A program made the translations under genes and the position numbers. A DNA stretch of 64,000 nt from Cirrosporium novae-zelandiae. Its lineage: Eukaryota. The notes beneath the pieces were generated by a model. That model made no database searches and had not been told where the DNA came from. It saw only the letters and a program-made list of their open reading frames with translations. Where the stretch lies: the NCBI GenBank assembly GCA_026023565.1, contig JAPETS010000057.1, forward strand, positions 62,001-126,000, given 5' to 3'. Below, piece by piece: positions 21,655 to 32,655 of the stretch; position 1 is the stretch's first letter, and every line of letters begins with the position of its first letter.

Positions 21655-24600
21655 TTCTGTTGAGATGGGGGGTTATAGAAAAGGTGAAAAAAAACATGTG
21701 TGTATGTGTGCATCAGCGTTGGCGTTTTGGGTTTCTCTATACATCCATCTTTCCATCAATACACCATCAATCAATCAACCAACCCCAAAAATATATATGT
21801 CGTGATCTACCTCCAACAACCCCCCCCCCTCCCTATCTGCTCAAGTAGTGAATATCTATCCAACATCCTTTTTGGCTTTAGCTTTGGGTAGTTAGGTAAG
21901 TAGGTAGGTAAGAGTATGGATGTTAGTGTTCCCTTGCCTTCTTACACCTCCCCTTCTTACACCCTCTCTCTCTTAACCAAATCCCTCTTAACCAACCCCG
22001 ATATGCCCTATCCCATATCCTATCCCCCCCACTCTAACCTTTAAATGTTTTAATTTTTTTTAAAAAATCAAAAAATCCGGAATCGAAATTCGGAATCATT
22101 TCAAGAGCTTTCCTTATTAAAACACTTATCCTAGTCTACCCGATTAGCTATTGGTGAATTAGAGGGCGGGAGGGGTAGATCAAGGGACGAAATAAATTGT
22201 TACTTCAAGTTTGATTAGGGAATTTGGGAATTTAAAATTTATCTTTGTTCTATGGCTCATCCAATCTAGCAGCCATAACGACAAAAAAAAAAGGCCATCT
22301 ATAAGAAATAAGTTCAGTCCATCCCTCTCTCCCTCTCTCTTGTTCTCACACTTTTCAAAATGGCTTTTTTATCTTATCAATGGTTGACTACCGTGCGCCT
22401 TAGCCCTAGCCCTAGGTGTAGAAAGGGGGGTTAGGTGCTAGATAGATACAGTATAAATACGGAACATATATCTCTGCGAAGCCTTCACCCAGGCATATAT
22501 ATCATTCGATTCTACAGAATTCACCTCTAATTAACAGCCGTAGGTTTGAATCGAATTTAGCTAATTAGCGCCAGCTGGATCTGCGGTGATGATGGCTGGC
22601 ATCGATGATGATGACAATCTTTATCCAATTGATGGTTCTTCTCTCCCTCTCTCTCTCTCTCTCTCTCTCCGAGGTGGTGTGAGAACTTATCTAAACAGTA
22701 GTTAATGGTAGGCTAAATAGTGTAGCCCATAGACTAACACCTCTTTCCTCAACGACGTGGTATTTTGCGAACGGAAGGGTACTGCCGCATGGCTTAAAGC
22801 TCACGCATTTCTAGCTGGCTAGCCGCCATGAGCTTTGAGAATATTTGCTGCCCAAGCTAGGCCGCACGAAAGAATATGAGTGGAACATGTAAATATCTCC
22901 ACGATTCTGCAGGATAAGAAATACCTAGTGATAGCGCTATTTTTTGCATGTATAAAACCTATAAAGCCAATCAGTTACTGCTGATTATTTTTGTATTTGG
23001 GGTGTAGTAATTCCTTACGCCCAGATTCATCCCTTCATTTCTCGATATCGAAGGTCTTGCCTTGTTTAACTAAAAGGGCTTCTTGCAGTGAGCGATTTTA
23101 ATAATAGTCTTAGACTAAAGACTCAACGTCTTCCATTACTGATTGATCTAACAACTTGTGCCTTCTATATTATTGTGGCTTGCAGTAGCTTATATGTCTT
23201 TGCTCCCTCAGATATCAGCTCAATGCCTATTGCGTTATTACATACCTATGTCTGCTAGAGAAGAAAACTTGTTGGTGAATAATTTAAACGCACGAAGTCA
23301 AGCGGAAGTACATGCAGGACCTAAATGCCCTCGACTTGGGAGGGTATAAAGAAACAAGGAAAGAGCGAGCGAGAAGGGGGGGGGGGGGGGTCATAGCACA
23401 CACACATAGCAAGACAACAAATCTAAAGGAAGCAAATCATATATTTTTTTTGTTGCGTTGGTACGAAAGCGCTGATCAAGCTGAAGATTCGCTTATTAGA
23501 CAAGTGGCATGCGGACATAGCTGTAAAGAATGTAACTTGCAGAGCATGGTCGTTATGAATCGCTTTTGCTTGTTGTTTAATAAACCAGATCTATGGGGGA
23601 AAAAAACTATAAAGAAGAGGCTACTACTATCAAAAGAGTTTGGATACTAGCAACTTGCCTGCATCCAAAACTCTTTGACTGTAATACAAATACAAATACA
23701 AATATTCCTCTCTATAGAACCAACAGCTTCATATCGATCGGCCTTCGATAAATATGCCAAGCCCTACCACCCCCCCCCCCCCAGTGCAACCCTTCGACAT
23801 CAACACCACTGGTGTTGGCTCAAAATACACGTATTTGACGTATGAATTGTCCTCGTAATTATGTTGTATAGATAATTATACGCGTATGAATTAAAAAGTC
23901 GTATTCTTGGCAATACACGGAACTTCGGAATGCCGAAATGCCGAAATGCCGCTATCATATGGCACGTGTGTGTGGCTATCTTATACAAAGTAGAGTCAGC
24001 ATCCCATCACCCTCCAAGTTCAAGTTCAAGTTCAAATTCCCCTACTCGCATCTAAATATAATTTTTAAAATGGCCTGAGCTATCAATGGATGAGTAGTTG
24101 AGTACGGAGCGGTGGACTAGGTAGGAAGGGAGGAGTAAGGAAGGAAGTAAGTGGGGTAACTGGTAGGATGTTTGGATGGGTGGAGGGATTGGTGCTGGTG
24201 TTGGGGAGGTGGTTTGGAATTGGAACTACGAGGCTATGAGGGGAGGGGGGATGCTACGGAACAGGATATCAATACTGATGATCATTCGAATACCAAAAAG
24301 ACCACCTGCCTAACACATTCCAAAAAATGAGAAAAAATTCGTTTCATTTTATCCACTTGCTCTAGCGACGCAACAACGCTATGGTCAAAAAACCCTTCCA
24401 TAGCCCATGTTGTGAAAACCTTCCCTTCCACGACGACGGGGACGGGGGCGAGAGATATCCGCAGAATCGGTTACCGCGCTTCCCATATCATCATCGCCCC
24501 CCTCCCCCCCTTAAAAGAGTTTTTTAAGAACAAGCCAACCCCACACACACATACACATCCCGTTATCACATCATATCATATAAGGATGGATGGATATGAA

Positions 24601-24721
24601 GCTCCCTCCGACCCCTCCGACCCCCACTACAACTTCCATTGCCAAGCTAACCAGAGTTTTCATTTACCATCATGCTTTAAAAAAGGGATAATTTATTCGA
24701 GGTGGGGGGTTTGGTATTAAT

Positions 24722-26006
24722 CTAACCCCTCGACATAACACCCCAAGCTCTGATTTTGTTATCCGTATACCCTGAGAACAACGTTTGTCCGTCCGCGCTC
24801 CATGCCAGACTCACGCACTCGGGTTCTCTGCCCTTCTTGCTCTCGGTGGTGTACTCGGGCTTCAGCTCGCTGACTTTGCTCTTCTTCTCCAAGTCGAAGA
24901 TAGTGATGGAGCTGGAGGTGGCTGCGCAGAGCCAGTATCGGTTGGGGGAGAAGACGAGGGCGTGGATCTCGTCGCCGGCGTTCAGGGAGTACAGGTGCTT
25001 GGATTCGTTAAGGTCCCATAGCATGGTGACGCCGTCTTTGCCACCGGAAGCACAGAGAGAACCGTCTGGGGAGATGGTGACGGTGTTGATGTAGCCGGTG
25101 TGGCCGATGTGGTCGGTTTGAATTCGGCAGGAGGCGAGTTCCCAAACCTGGTTTGTGGGAGATTAGTTTGATGGTTCCATTGGCGGTAGTTCAATGTGCA
25201 CATATAACATGATTAAGGGGAGCAATCAGTACACCGGTGATTTTTGTCTCATGGCCCGAAGGCTCTGAAGTAGCAAATACTTAAAAGTTTCACATAGCAT
25301 CATGTTGCCGAACGAATAAACCAAATATCAAAAAATAGTTCACATACCTTGACCAACTTATCCCATCCTGCAGAAACAATGACAGGGTTTTGAGGGTTAG
25401 GGCTAAATCTCACGCAGGATACCCATTCGGTGTGGCCGTGATCGGTGATGGTATATTTGCAGTCACCCAAAGTGTTCCAGAGCTTGATTGTCCGGTCCCG
25501 AGATCCAGAAACAATCTGTCTGTTGTCGGCAGAGAAGGAGACAGAGAGGACATCGTTGGTGTGGCCAACAAAGCGGCGAGTGGTATTTCCAGTAGCAAGT
25601 TCCCAGAGTCTGAGGGTCTTGTCCCACGAAGCTGAGAGGGCATAGGCACCATCGGAAGAGATCACCTGGTGGGCGAACATGTCAGCTTCTTGATATCTGG
25701 TTTGCGCTGGCATCCAGAGTACTCACACAGTCAGAAACAATGTGGGAGTGGCCGTGGAGACTTCGCTTGGGATAACCGTATCGTCCTTCAGCATCATTTG
25801 AATCTCGGGTCAGGTTCCAGATAATCAGAGACTTGTCACGACTGCCTGAGAGAAGCATGTTGGGACTAAGTAATATTCATCAGCACTCTCAATTCTCTGA
25901 TCAACTGAGCACTCAGAAATTCGTACTTTTCGAGAGAGGTAGCCAAGCTGGTAACCCAACCAGTGTGGCCCTCCAAGGTACCACGCATGATTAATTCTTC
26001 AGCCAT
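24722..26006 (-). CDS. cpc-2: RACK1 / Gbeta-like WD40 ribosomal protein (Asc1/CpcB/cpc-2); 4 exons
   Basis: [99 protein letters not shown]. Confidence 0.97.
25222..25308 (-). ncRNA. U24: Box C/D snoRNA U24 (snR24) in the third RACK1 intron (25148-25347)
   Basis: Minus strand: GCAAC-ATGATG (C box)...AGTATTTGCTACTT-CAGA (D' guide and box)...ATGAGA (C')...ATCACCGGTGTA-CTGA (D)-TTGC, with a GCAA/TTGC terminal stem. U24 is known to be hosted in fungal ASC1/cpcB introns, and TATTTGCTACT matches its LSU rRNA guide. Confidence 0.9.
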
Positions 26007-26448
26007 GTTGGGCGACCTGCGAGGAGACAAGAGTGAGTCGAAAGGAAGGAATAATAAGGTAGAGAATTTTGGAGGGGTTGTGCTGTCGACGTCAATTCAA
26101 AGCCGCGATCAAGTTGAGATTCATGAAATCAAGCTACAAAATCCGAATCGGTCATTGTGTGCTGCACTAAGCCAAATCAGGCAAACAAGATGAAGCCCTC
26201 AAAGCAGCCGGGCGAAATGAAGACCGACCCAAGGAAATGTGTTAGGAACCCCTTTAAATATAAATACCTCTACAAACGCTTCTCAGTTTCGTCAATTAAT
26301 TGCAATTGTGTATTGATAGCCTAATCTAAAGGACCCAGTGCTTCCATAGTGCTTACCCTCACGTCTCCTATGGTATAAACAATCGTCGAGTGCCCAATCC
26401 TTATCCCAATTCCATCCAGACACCATACCCAACGTTCGATCCACAATC

Positions 26449-29276
26449 TTAAATATTGACAGCCCTACCCTCAGTCTGCGCCCTCTGGAAATCAAAGATC
26501 AAACCCAACACCCCTCTATTCCCTCCAGCATTATTGTCTGCTTCATCTGCATCTTCGTCATCTACTACAGCTGCTTGTGTGGTCTTCCAAGAACCACCGA
26601 GGTGGCTCTCAGGTCCGTCGGTTCCAGCTGATGCAACACCGCTTGTGGTTGTCGCCTCCACTCCATCTTGTTCGTTCTCTTCTTCGGCTTCTATCTGATC
26701 ATCTAGGGGTTGACTTGATCGGTGTCTAGATTTTCCCATCGAACGTATAGAGGGTTGATGGTGTGGATCGAGAAGCATTGACCCAAGCGGTGAACCATGG
26801 TTACCTGATGGTGCAAACTTAGGCGTGCGAACCACCGATTGCTGGCCAAACGTGCCCCCAATTGGAGATGATCGATTGCCGGATCGCTGATTACGACCAT
26901 ATGTTCCATCTCGTTCGGCATTCAATGTTGGAGACATAAGACCCGGAAATGTTGGTGGGGGATGGAACATCTTTTTGTTTGTTGGATGATGGTAGGGTGC
27001 ATTCTTCCGGGGATTCGTAGCATAATTGTCGATGAAGCCATAATAAGAAGCAAGCATCTTGCCATCTCTAGTCGCAAAATAGTCATCCCGACCGTCTGGA
27101 CCGCTTCTTTGCTCCTGAGGCCTGGATTTTTTATTTCCACCGGTCTGAAAGTCGAAGACTGCAAACGAGCACACGTATCCCAGGCCGTCTACGTGGACAG
27201 TGAACTCTCGGAAGAAATCCACGATTCGATCACTACATTTTGGTAGGCTATACCAAAGTATAAGCGGACACATGACGACACTCAACATCTCTTCCAGGAA
27301 AATCACAAGTTTCATCTGGTACAAAGATGCAAATTCTTTGCGAACCTCGTCAGTATGTAGTCTTCCCTGCCAATGATCAGGGCAGTGATGAGTGTATTCG
27401 ACAACTTCCCGAAGAGCAAACTCTGGGTCAAATACCAAATTTTCTTCGGGCACTATTCCACGGGCGCCAACCCAGATGGAGGTGAGAACTCCTAGATAGA
27501 ATAGAACTGTCCTATCCTTGGTTATTTCAAATCCCAGGAAGAGCTCAGGGTCAATAAGCGAGGCCAAAGCCAGAACACCTGCGAGAGCTCCTGCAACCAG
27601 GGCAACGAATCGTGATAATTGAATGGTTTTGTCTTTGGGGAATTGATCAATATATCGCGAAGCAAAAGGGTACGACATATTGATACGTCGCTCAAATAAG
27701 TGCCAGAGTTCATTAAATTCTCGGAATTTCCACTCTGCGAGAGGTGTATATTTTCGTAGGCCAATCTGAGAGGGATTGCGTTGATACTCGGTAAAATATC
27801 GAAAAAAATATAGTAGGACAAAATATGTGATTATGAACGGCGCGAATACTACGTTCATAAAAGCTGTAAAGCGGAAGCGCCGCTGTAGGCTAGTGCTAAG
27901 CTCATGTCGATGAGAATCTTTGAGAAAATATGATCGAACCTGGCCCTTGTCGTTGAAAACGAAATCTAAAACACTCATGTGGAGATTCCACTCCATCACT
28001 CTTGAAAAGTATTGTTGATTCCTTAGGAAGGGGATTGGAATTGTCAGATCAAGTATTTCCTTATTAAACATGGCAATAAGATAGTTTTCTTTCCTCATGA
28101 GACGATTTGCGATATCATGAGCGTCCATGCGTTGCTTAGACCGGCGATCAATGAAATTCCTGTGTTTCTTTGACATTGCAGTCGCAGTGATAGGATTTGA
28201 ATCCCTTAGCCTCATTACCCGCCCAACAATTTCCTGCCAAGAAACGGTTTGCATATCATTCTCTGGTATTTCAAGAAGATATACATAAAAGTCATGCAGG
28301 TGCCTGAGGCGAGGGATGTCACGTATATATTCAACGACTCTGAAAATCCAAGTGAAGGTGAGGATCCAGAGAAATAAACTTGCCATAAAAGACATTTCCG
28401 TTGTACATTTGTCACGTATAATACCGCTCATGGATTTACTATGTGGAACTGCCGGGTAGTCAATGCACATGGTAAGAAAGAAGCTGAAACTGACAACAAA
28501 GGCGAACGTTCTATGAAATGTCAGGCATTAGACAATCCCTTTACAATTTGAGAGGGTGCTTACAAGAGATTCAAGGCCCGACCCAGAAGAATGCTCCAGA
28601 ATCCTTTACCAAGAAAGTAATCATAGATCTCTTTAAGGAACATATCCAAATTATCGACATTGGCCCATCTCCACAAAGCCCTCTCCTTTAAATCCATTGC
28701 GGTCCATCCACCCTGAGGCCTTCGTTGAATGTCGGGATCATCAGGATGCAATGCCTGTTGGTTCTGAGTTGTTGCCCAGTGACTTCGAGCAGCTGCTGTT
28801 GGAGGTCCTGGAATTGGAAAAGAAGTCGATCGACGATCATTGGCTCTTGGTCGGGGTGGTTTTGCCGACAGCGAGGCTCTCCGGTGTCCCTCAATTAAGA
28901 GTGATGCGGGGACATCATCATCCCCTTCGTCTGCTTCCGGTATCCGAGTCGATTCGTGCATCCATCTGGGTTTCATGGAGCGACCGAGACGGCTTCTCCC
29001 TCCTGTATTTCGAAATCCTGAATCCTTATTATTATTGCGGCCGGGAAGTATGGTGCTTGCAGTAGTCATCTGGCTTTCGGCGGGATCATCTTCGAGGACA
29101 TCTTCGAGTTCATAATCTTGAAACGGATGGCCCAAGTTTTCTTCATCCAAAGCCATTCCAGCTCTTTCTTCGGGGTCAGATGTATCTGACTCTTGATCGT
29201 GGTGGTGTAGATTCTCGTAGACTGAAGGGGGGCCCGCAGAGGGCAGTAGTCGAGAGAGGAGGTTTGATGCCATCAT
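26449..29276 (-). CDS. ATG9: Autophagy-related protein 9; 2 exons
   Basis: ALWRWANVDNLD, QRMDAHDIANRLMRKENYLIAM, YTPLAEWKFREFNELWHLF, IVDFFREFTVHVDGLGYVCSFAVFDF, DGKMLASY. Confidence 0.97.
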
Positions 29277-29832
29277 GATGGGCTATCGGCAATTTGCCAA
29301 AGGTTACTCTAAGCTCAAGGGCAAGAGTGAAGGCGAACAGATTCGTTGGAGCATCCAGAACATGACGAAGCTTGGAAACTAAAGAGGGGGATTCAGGTGA
29401 TACGAGAGGGATCTGATCATGACATGGCGATTTTCGAGGTAATTCTAGTTCAAACGATAAATATCTGGTAATAAAGAAGAGCACGAGGAAAGTGCTAGCG
29501 TATATGGGGGTTTAAATCAGGAGTGCCCGAGTCCTTGAGGACGAAGGTGACTCTCATATAATGGGTCATGCAGGCAGTCGAAGGGCAACTGGACTCCATC
29601 GGCGAATCGGCCTGAGGCCTGAGGTCATTGCTCTTCGGCTATCAGTGACCTTGTCCGTTTTTGGCTTAGTCGTGTTTACCACTCGGAGCACGGACTTCGT
29701 TACTCCAAATCCTAAGGCCAGAGCCCTATGAGGAGCTTGAAACATTAGAGATAATTAATTATATTGAAAAATGATGAACTGAACAGGTCAATTGTGAGAT
29801 TATATCATACAACAGAAAACTCAAACTTCAAC

Positions 29833-31977
29833 ATGGATGTTATCAATGCAAATCTCGACGGAACATCAGACTCGAAATCAAATCTTCTCCCCAATAGGTT
29901 GACAGCAGTGCTATCCACATCCTATGCCGACGGTGACATTAGACAAGCCCTCGAAACCCTCGACGCCAGAGGTCTCCAGAACACACCTGAAACACGACGG
30001 CGGCTACGGCTGAATGTGCAGAAAGAGCTTATAGATTGCAATGGTGACATCATAAATGACTTTGGCCATGTGTCCGAACAGTTGAAACGTGTTGGGATAA
30101 TTATTTCAACCTTGAGTCAAACTTGTGAGGATATGCGCAGGTGTATAGCCACGGCTCACCAGGAAACGGCTCCAGTGCTTGAAGAAACAACAGAATTGAT
30201 GACACAGAAGAAGGAGGTAGAGCAAAAGCAGCTACTACTAGAAGCATTTAACCAGCACTTTTTGCTTTCAGACGACGAGCTCGTCAACCTCACCTCTTCC
30301 GCCGAACCAGTAGACGATGCGTTCTTTGCAGCATTAAAACGTGTGAAAATTGTACACCGAGATTGTGAGACGCTACTTGGGTCCGAAAACCAAAGGTTGG
30401 GGGTGGAGATTATGGAACAGAGCGCCAAAAATTTGAATAACGCATATCAAAAACTGTTCCGCTGGATCCAACGAGAATTTAAATCCTTGAACCTGGAGGA
30501 CCCCCACATCAGCAGATCCATACGAAGAGCACTACCCGTCCTTGCAGAACGCCCTTCGTTATTTCAGAGCTGCATCGATGCATTTGCGGAGACCAGACAG
30601 AATGTCCTCGCCGAAGCTTTCTATTCCGCATTGACTGAGGACGGGCCAGCCAACACCCAACAGCCATCGACAAAGCCAATTGAATTTTTCGCACACGATC
30701 CGCTGCGCTATGTGGGCGATATGCTCGCCTGGACACACTCGGCAGCAGTCTCGGAGCGAGAAGCACTGGAAGGGCTTTTCATCGGTGAAGGCGACGAGAT
30801 CTCCAAAGGGATTCAAGAAGGCATGGAGAGCGAGCCCTGGTCACGGGATCCGGAAGAGGAGATCGTAGTCTTCGACGGGCCCAAAGCCCTCACAGACCTA
30901 ATAAACCGTGACCTCGCCGGGGTGGTTCGAATCCTCCGACAGCGAGTCGAGCAAGTAATCATGAGCCAAGAGGAAGCACTAATAACGTACAAAATCCTCA
31001 ACCTCATAAGCTTCTACCGCATCACCTTTTCCAAACTTCTCGGCCGCTCCCAAGAGCTCGGACGCACACTGTCCACCCTAGAAGAATCCGCCTTCAAGCA
31101 ATTCCGCACGGCAATGCAAGATCAAATCGTCTCCATCGACTTCAGCCAACCATCTACGGACGTCTCGGTCCCTGGTTTCCTAGAAGAGGCCCTCGACCAA
31201 CTAACCGCCCTCATGAAAACCTACGACGCATCCCTAATCCCGCAAGAAACCCGCCAAGAAGAATTCAAACCCATCCTCGCCGAAGCCCTAGACCCCTTTC
31301 TCACAGGGTGCGAGCAGCTCGCAAAATCCTTCAAAGAACCCGCCAACGACATCTTCCTCCTAAACTGCCTGTTAGCAACCCAAACCACCCTCGCCCCCTA
31401 CAAAGCCTTCATCCCAACCCACCACCTCACAAAACTAACCACGTCCATCCAAACCCACACCTCCAATCTCCGCTCCCACCAACACAGCTTCCTCCTCCGC
31501 GCCTCAAAACTCCACCCGCTCCTCTCAGCCCTCATGACCCTCGTGGACCCCACCTCCCCCACCCACTCCGCCCCGTCTGGGAAACCAGCCCTCCAGATCC
31601 GCTCCCTCCCAGCCTTCCAACCAGAATGCCTCGCCGAAACAAGCCAGGACCTCGATGACTTTCTCCCATCGGCTTTGATGGATGCCATGGAGTTGCTCAA
31701 GGGCCTGCGCAACCCAAAACTCGCAAAGGAAATTACGGATTATGCGGCGGGGGCGTTCTGTGAGGACTTTGAGTTTGTGGAGGAGAGCTTGGTTAACGCG
31801 GATGAGGCGGAGGCGGAGATGGGTGTGGGTGTGGGGGCGGAAAATGGGGCTGAGGGCGGACGTGATACGACTAAGGGAGAAACTCGAGAAGGAGAAGAAG
31901 GATCTCCACCGCCTCCACCATCACTGAGATCCATGCTCCCTCGAACGAGTGCCGAAATCAGAGTTTTATTAAGCTAA
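29833..31977 (+). CDS. COG6: Conserved oligomeric Golgi complex subunit 6
   Basis: VLSTSYADGDIRQALETLD, AYQKLFRWIQREF, LAERPSLFQSC, KPIEFFAHDPLRYVGDMLAWTHS, PRTSAEIRVLLS; first ATG of the ORF taken as start. Confidence 0.93.
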   Translation: MDVINANLDGTSDSKSNLLPNRLTAVLSTSYADGDIRQALETLDARGLQNTPETRRRLRLNVQKELIDCNGDIINDFGHVSEQLKRVGIIISTLSQTCEDMRRCIATAHQETAPVLEETTELMTQKKEVEQKQLLLEAFNQHFLLSDDELVNLTSSAEPVDDAFFAALKRVKIVHRDCETLLGSENQRLGVEIMEQSAKNLNNAYQKLFRWIQREFKSLNLEDPHISRSIRRALPVLAERPSLFQSCIDAFAETRQNVLAEAFYSALTEDGPANTQQPSTKPIEFFAHDPLRYVGDMLAWTHSAAVSEREALEGLFIGEGDEISKGIQEGMESEPWSRDPEEEIVVFDGPKALTDLINRDLAGVVRILRQRVEQVIMSQEEALITYKILNLISFYRITFSKLLGRSQELGRTLSTLEESAFKQFRTAMQDQIVSIDFSQPSTDVSVPGFLEEALDQLTALMKTYDASLIPQETRQEEFKPILAEALDPFLTGCEQLAKSFKEPANDIFLLNCLLATQTTLAPYKAFIPTHHLTKLTTSIQTHTSNLRSHQHSFLLRASKLHPLLSALMTLVDPTSPTHSAPSGKPALQIRSLPAFQPECLAETSQDLDDFLPSALMDAMELLKGLRNPKLAKEITDYAAGAFCEDFEFVEESLVNADEAEAEMGVGVGAENGAEGGRDTTKGETREGEEGSPPPPPSLRSMLPRTSAEIRVLLS

Positions 31978-32655
31978 ATATATAGATATATAATCATATA
32001 TAAAAGAAGAAGAAGAAGAAGAAAAATACATCATTCTTAACCCTCTCAACCGTCTAAGTTCTTTATTTTTCTTTTCTTCTCCTTTTCTTTCTTCTACTGG
32101 TTGTTGTTCTACATGGTTTCAATAAATCATCAATCAATCGATCAACTAACTAAACTAAAACTAATTATAACGACATACATTGATGATGGTGATGATGATG
32201 ATGATGATGATGATGACGAATGATGAATAATGTTTTTTAAGTTCTAGATTTGGAGAGGAGGAACTATATATAATGAAATAATAATAATAGTAATACTGCA
32301 TATTTGTATGTGAGTATGTGAGTATGTGAGCTCTGACGTGTGTGTTATGGATGGATGGATGGATGGATTTTAGTTAGCGAATATACATATATACGCCTAT
32401 GTATATATAGTCTCCTCTTTCATCTAAACGAATATAAATCAAGGATCAATCAAGATAAAGCATGTCTGTGTGTATATATATATATATCTTAGGGTAGGTT
32501 TTCCCTCTCGTATGGATAATAATAATCATAATAATAAATAATAAATCATTATCATGTAACATCCTTCTTCCCCCTCTTCTTTTTTCTTCTTCTTTCACTA
32601 CTACCACATCATCATCATCATGACCACCAATCAGACATCACGCCCCCCTCCCAAT

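Noticed and set aside
22395..22445. Telomerase RNA template or interstitial telomere (TAGCCCTAGCCCTAGG, GGGTTAGG)
   Set aside because: Does not match a TAACCCTAA-type template or a TTAGGG array, and no supporting structure was recognised.
22586..22615. Box C/D snoRNA suggested by GTGATGA/ATGATGA
   Set aside because: Part of a GAT-repeat-like stretch; no suitably placed CTGA box with a terminal stem or rRNA guide was seen.
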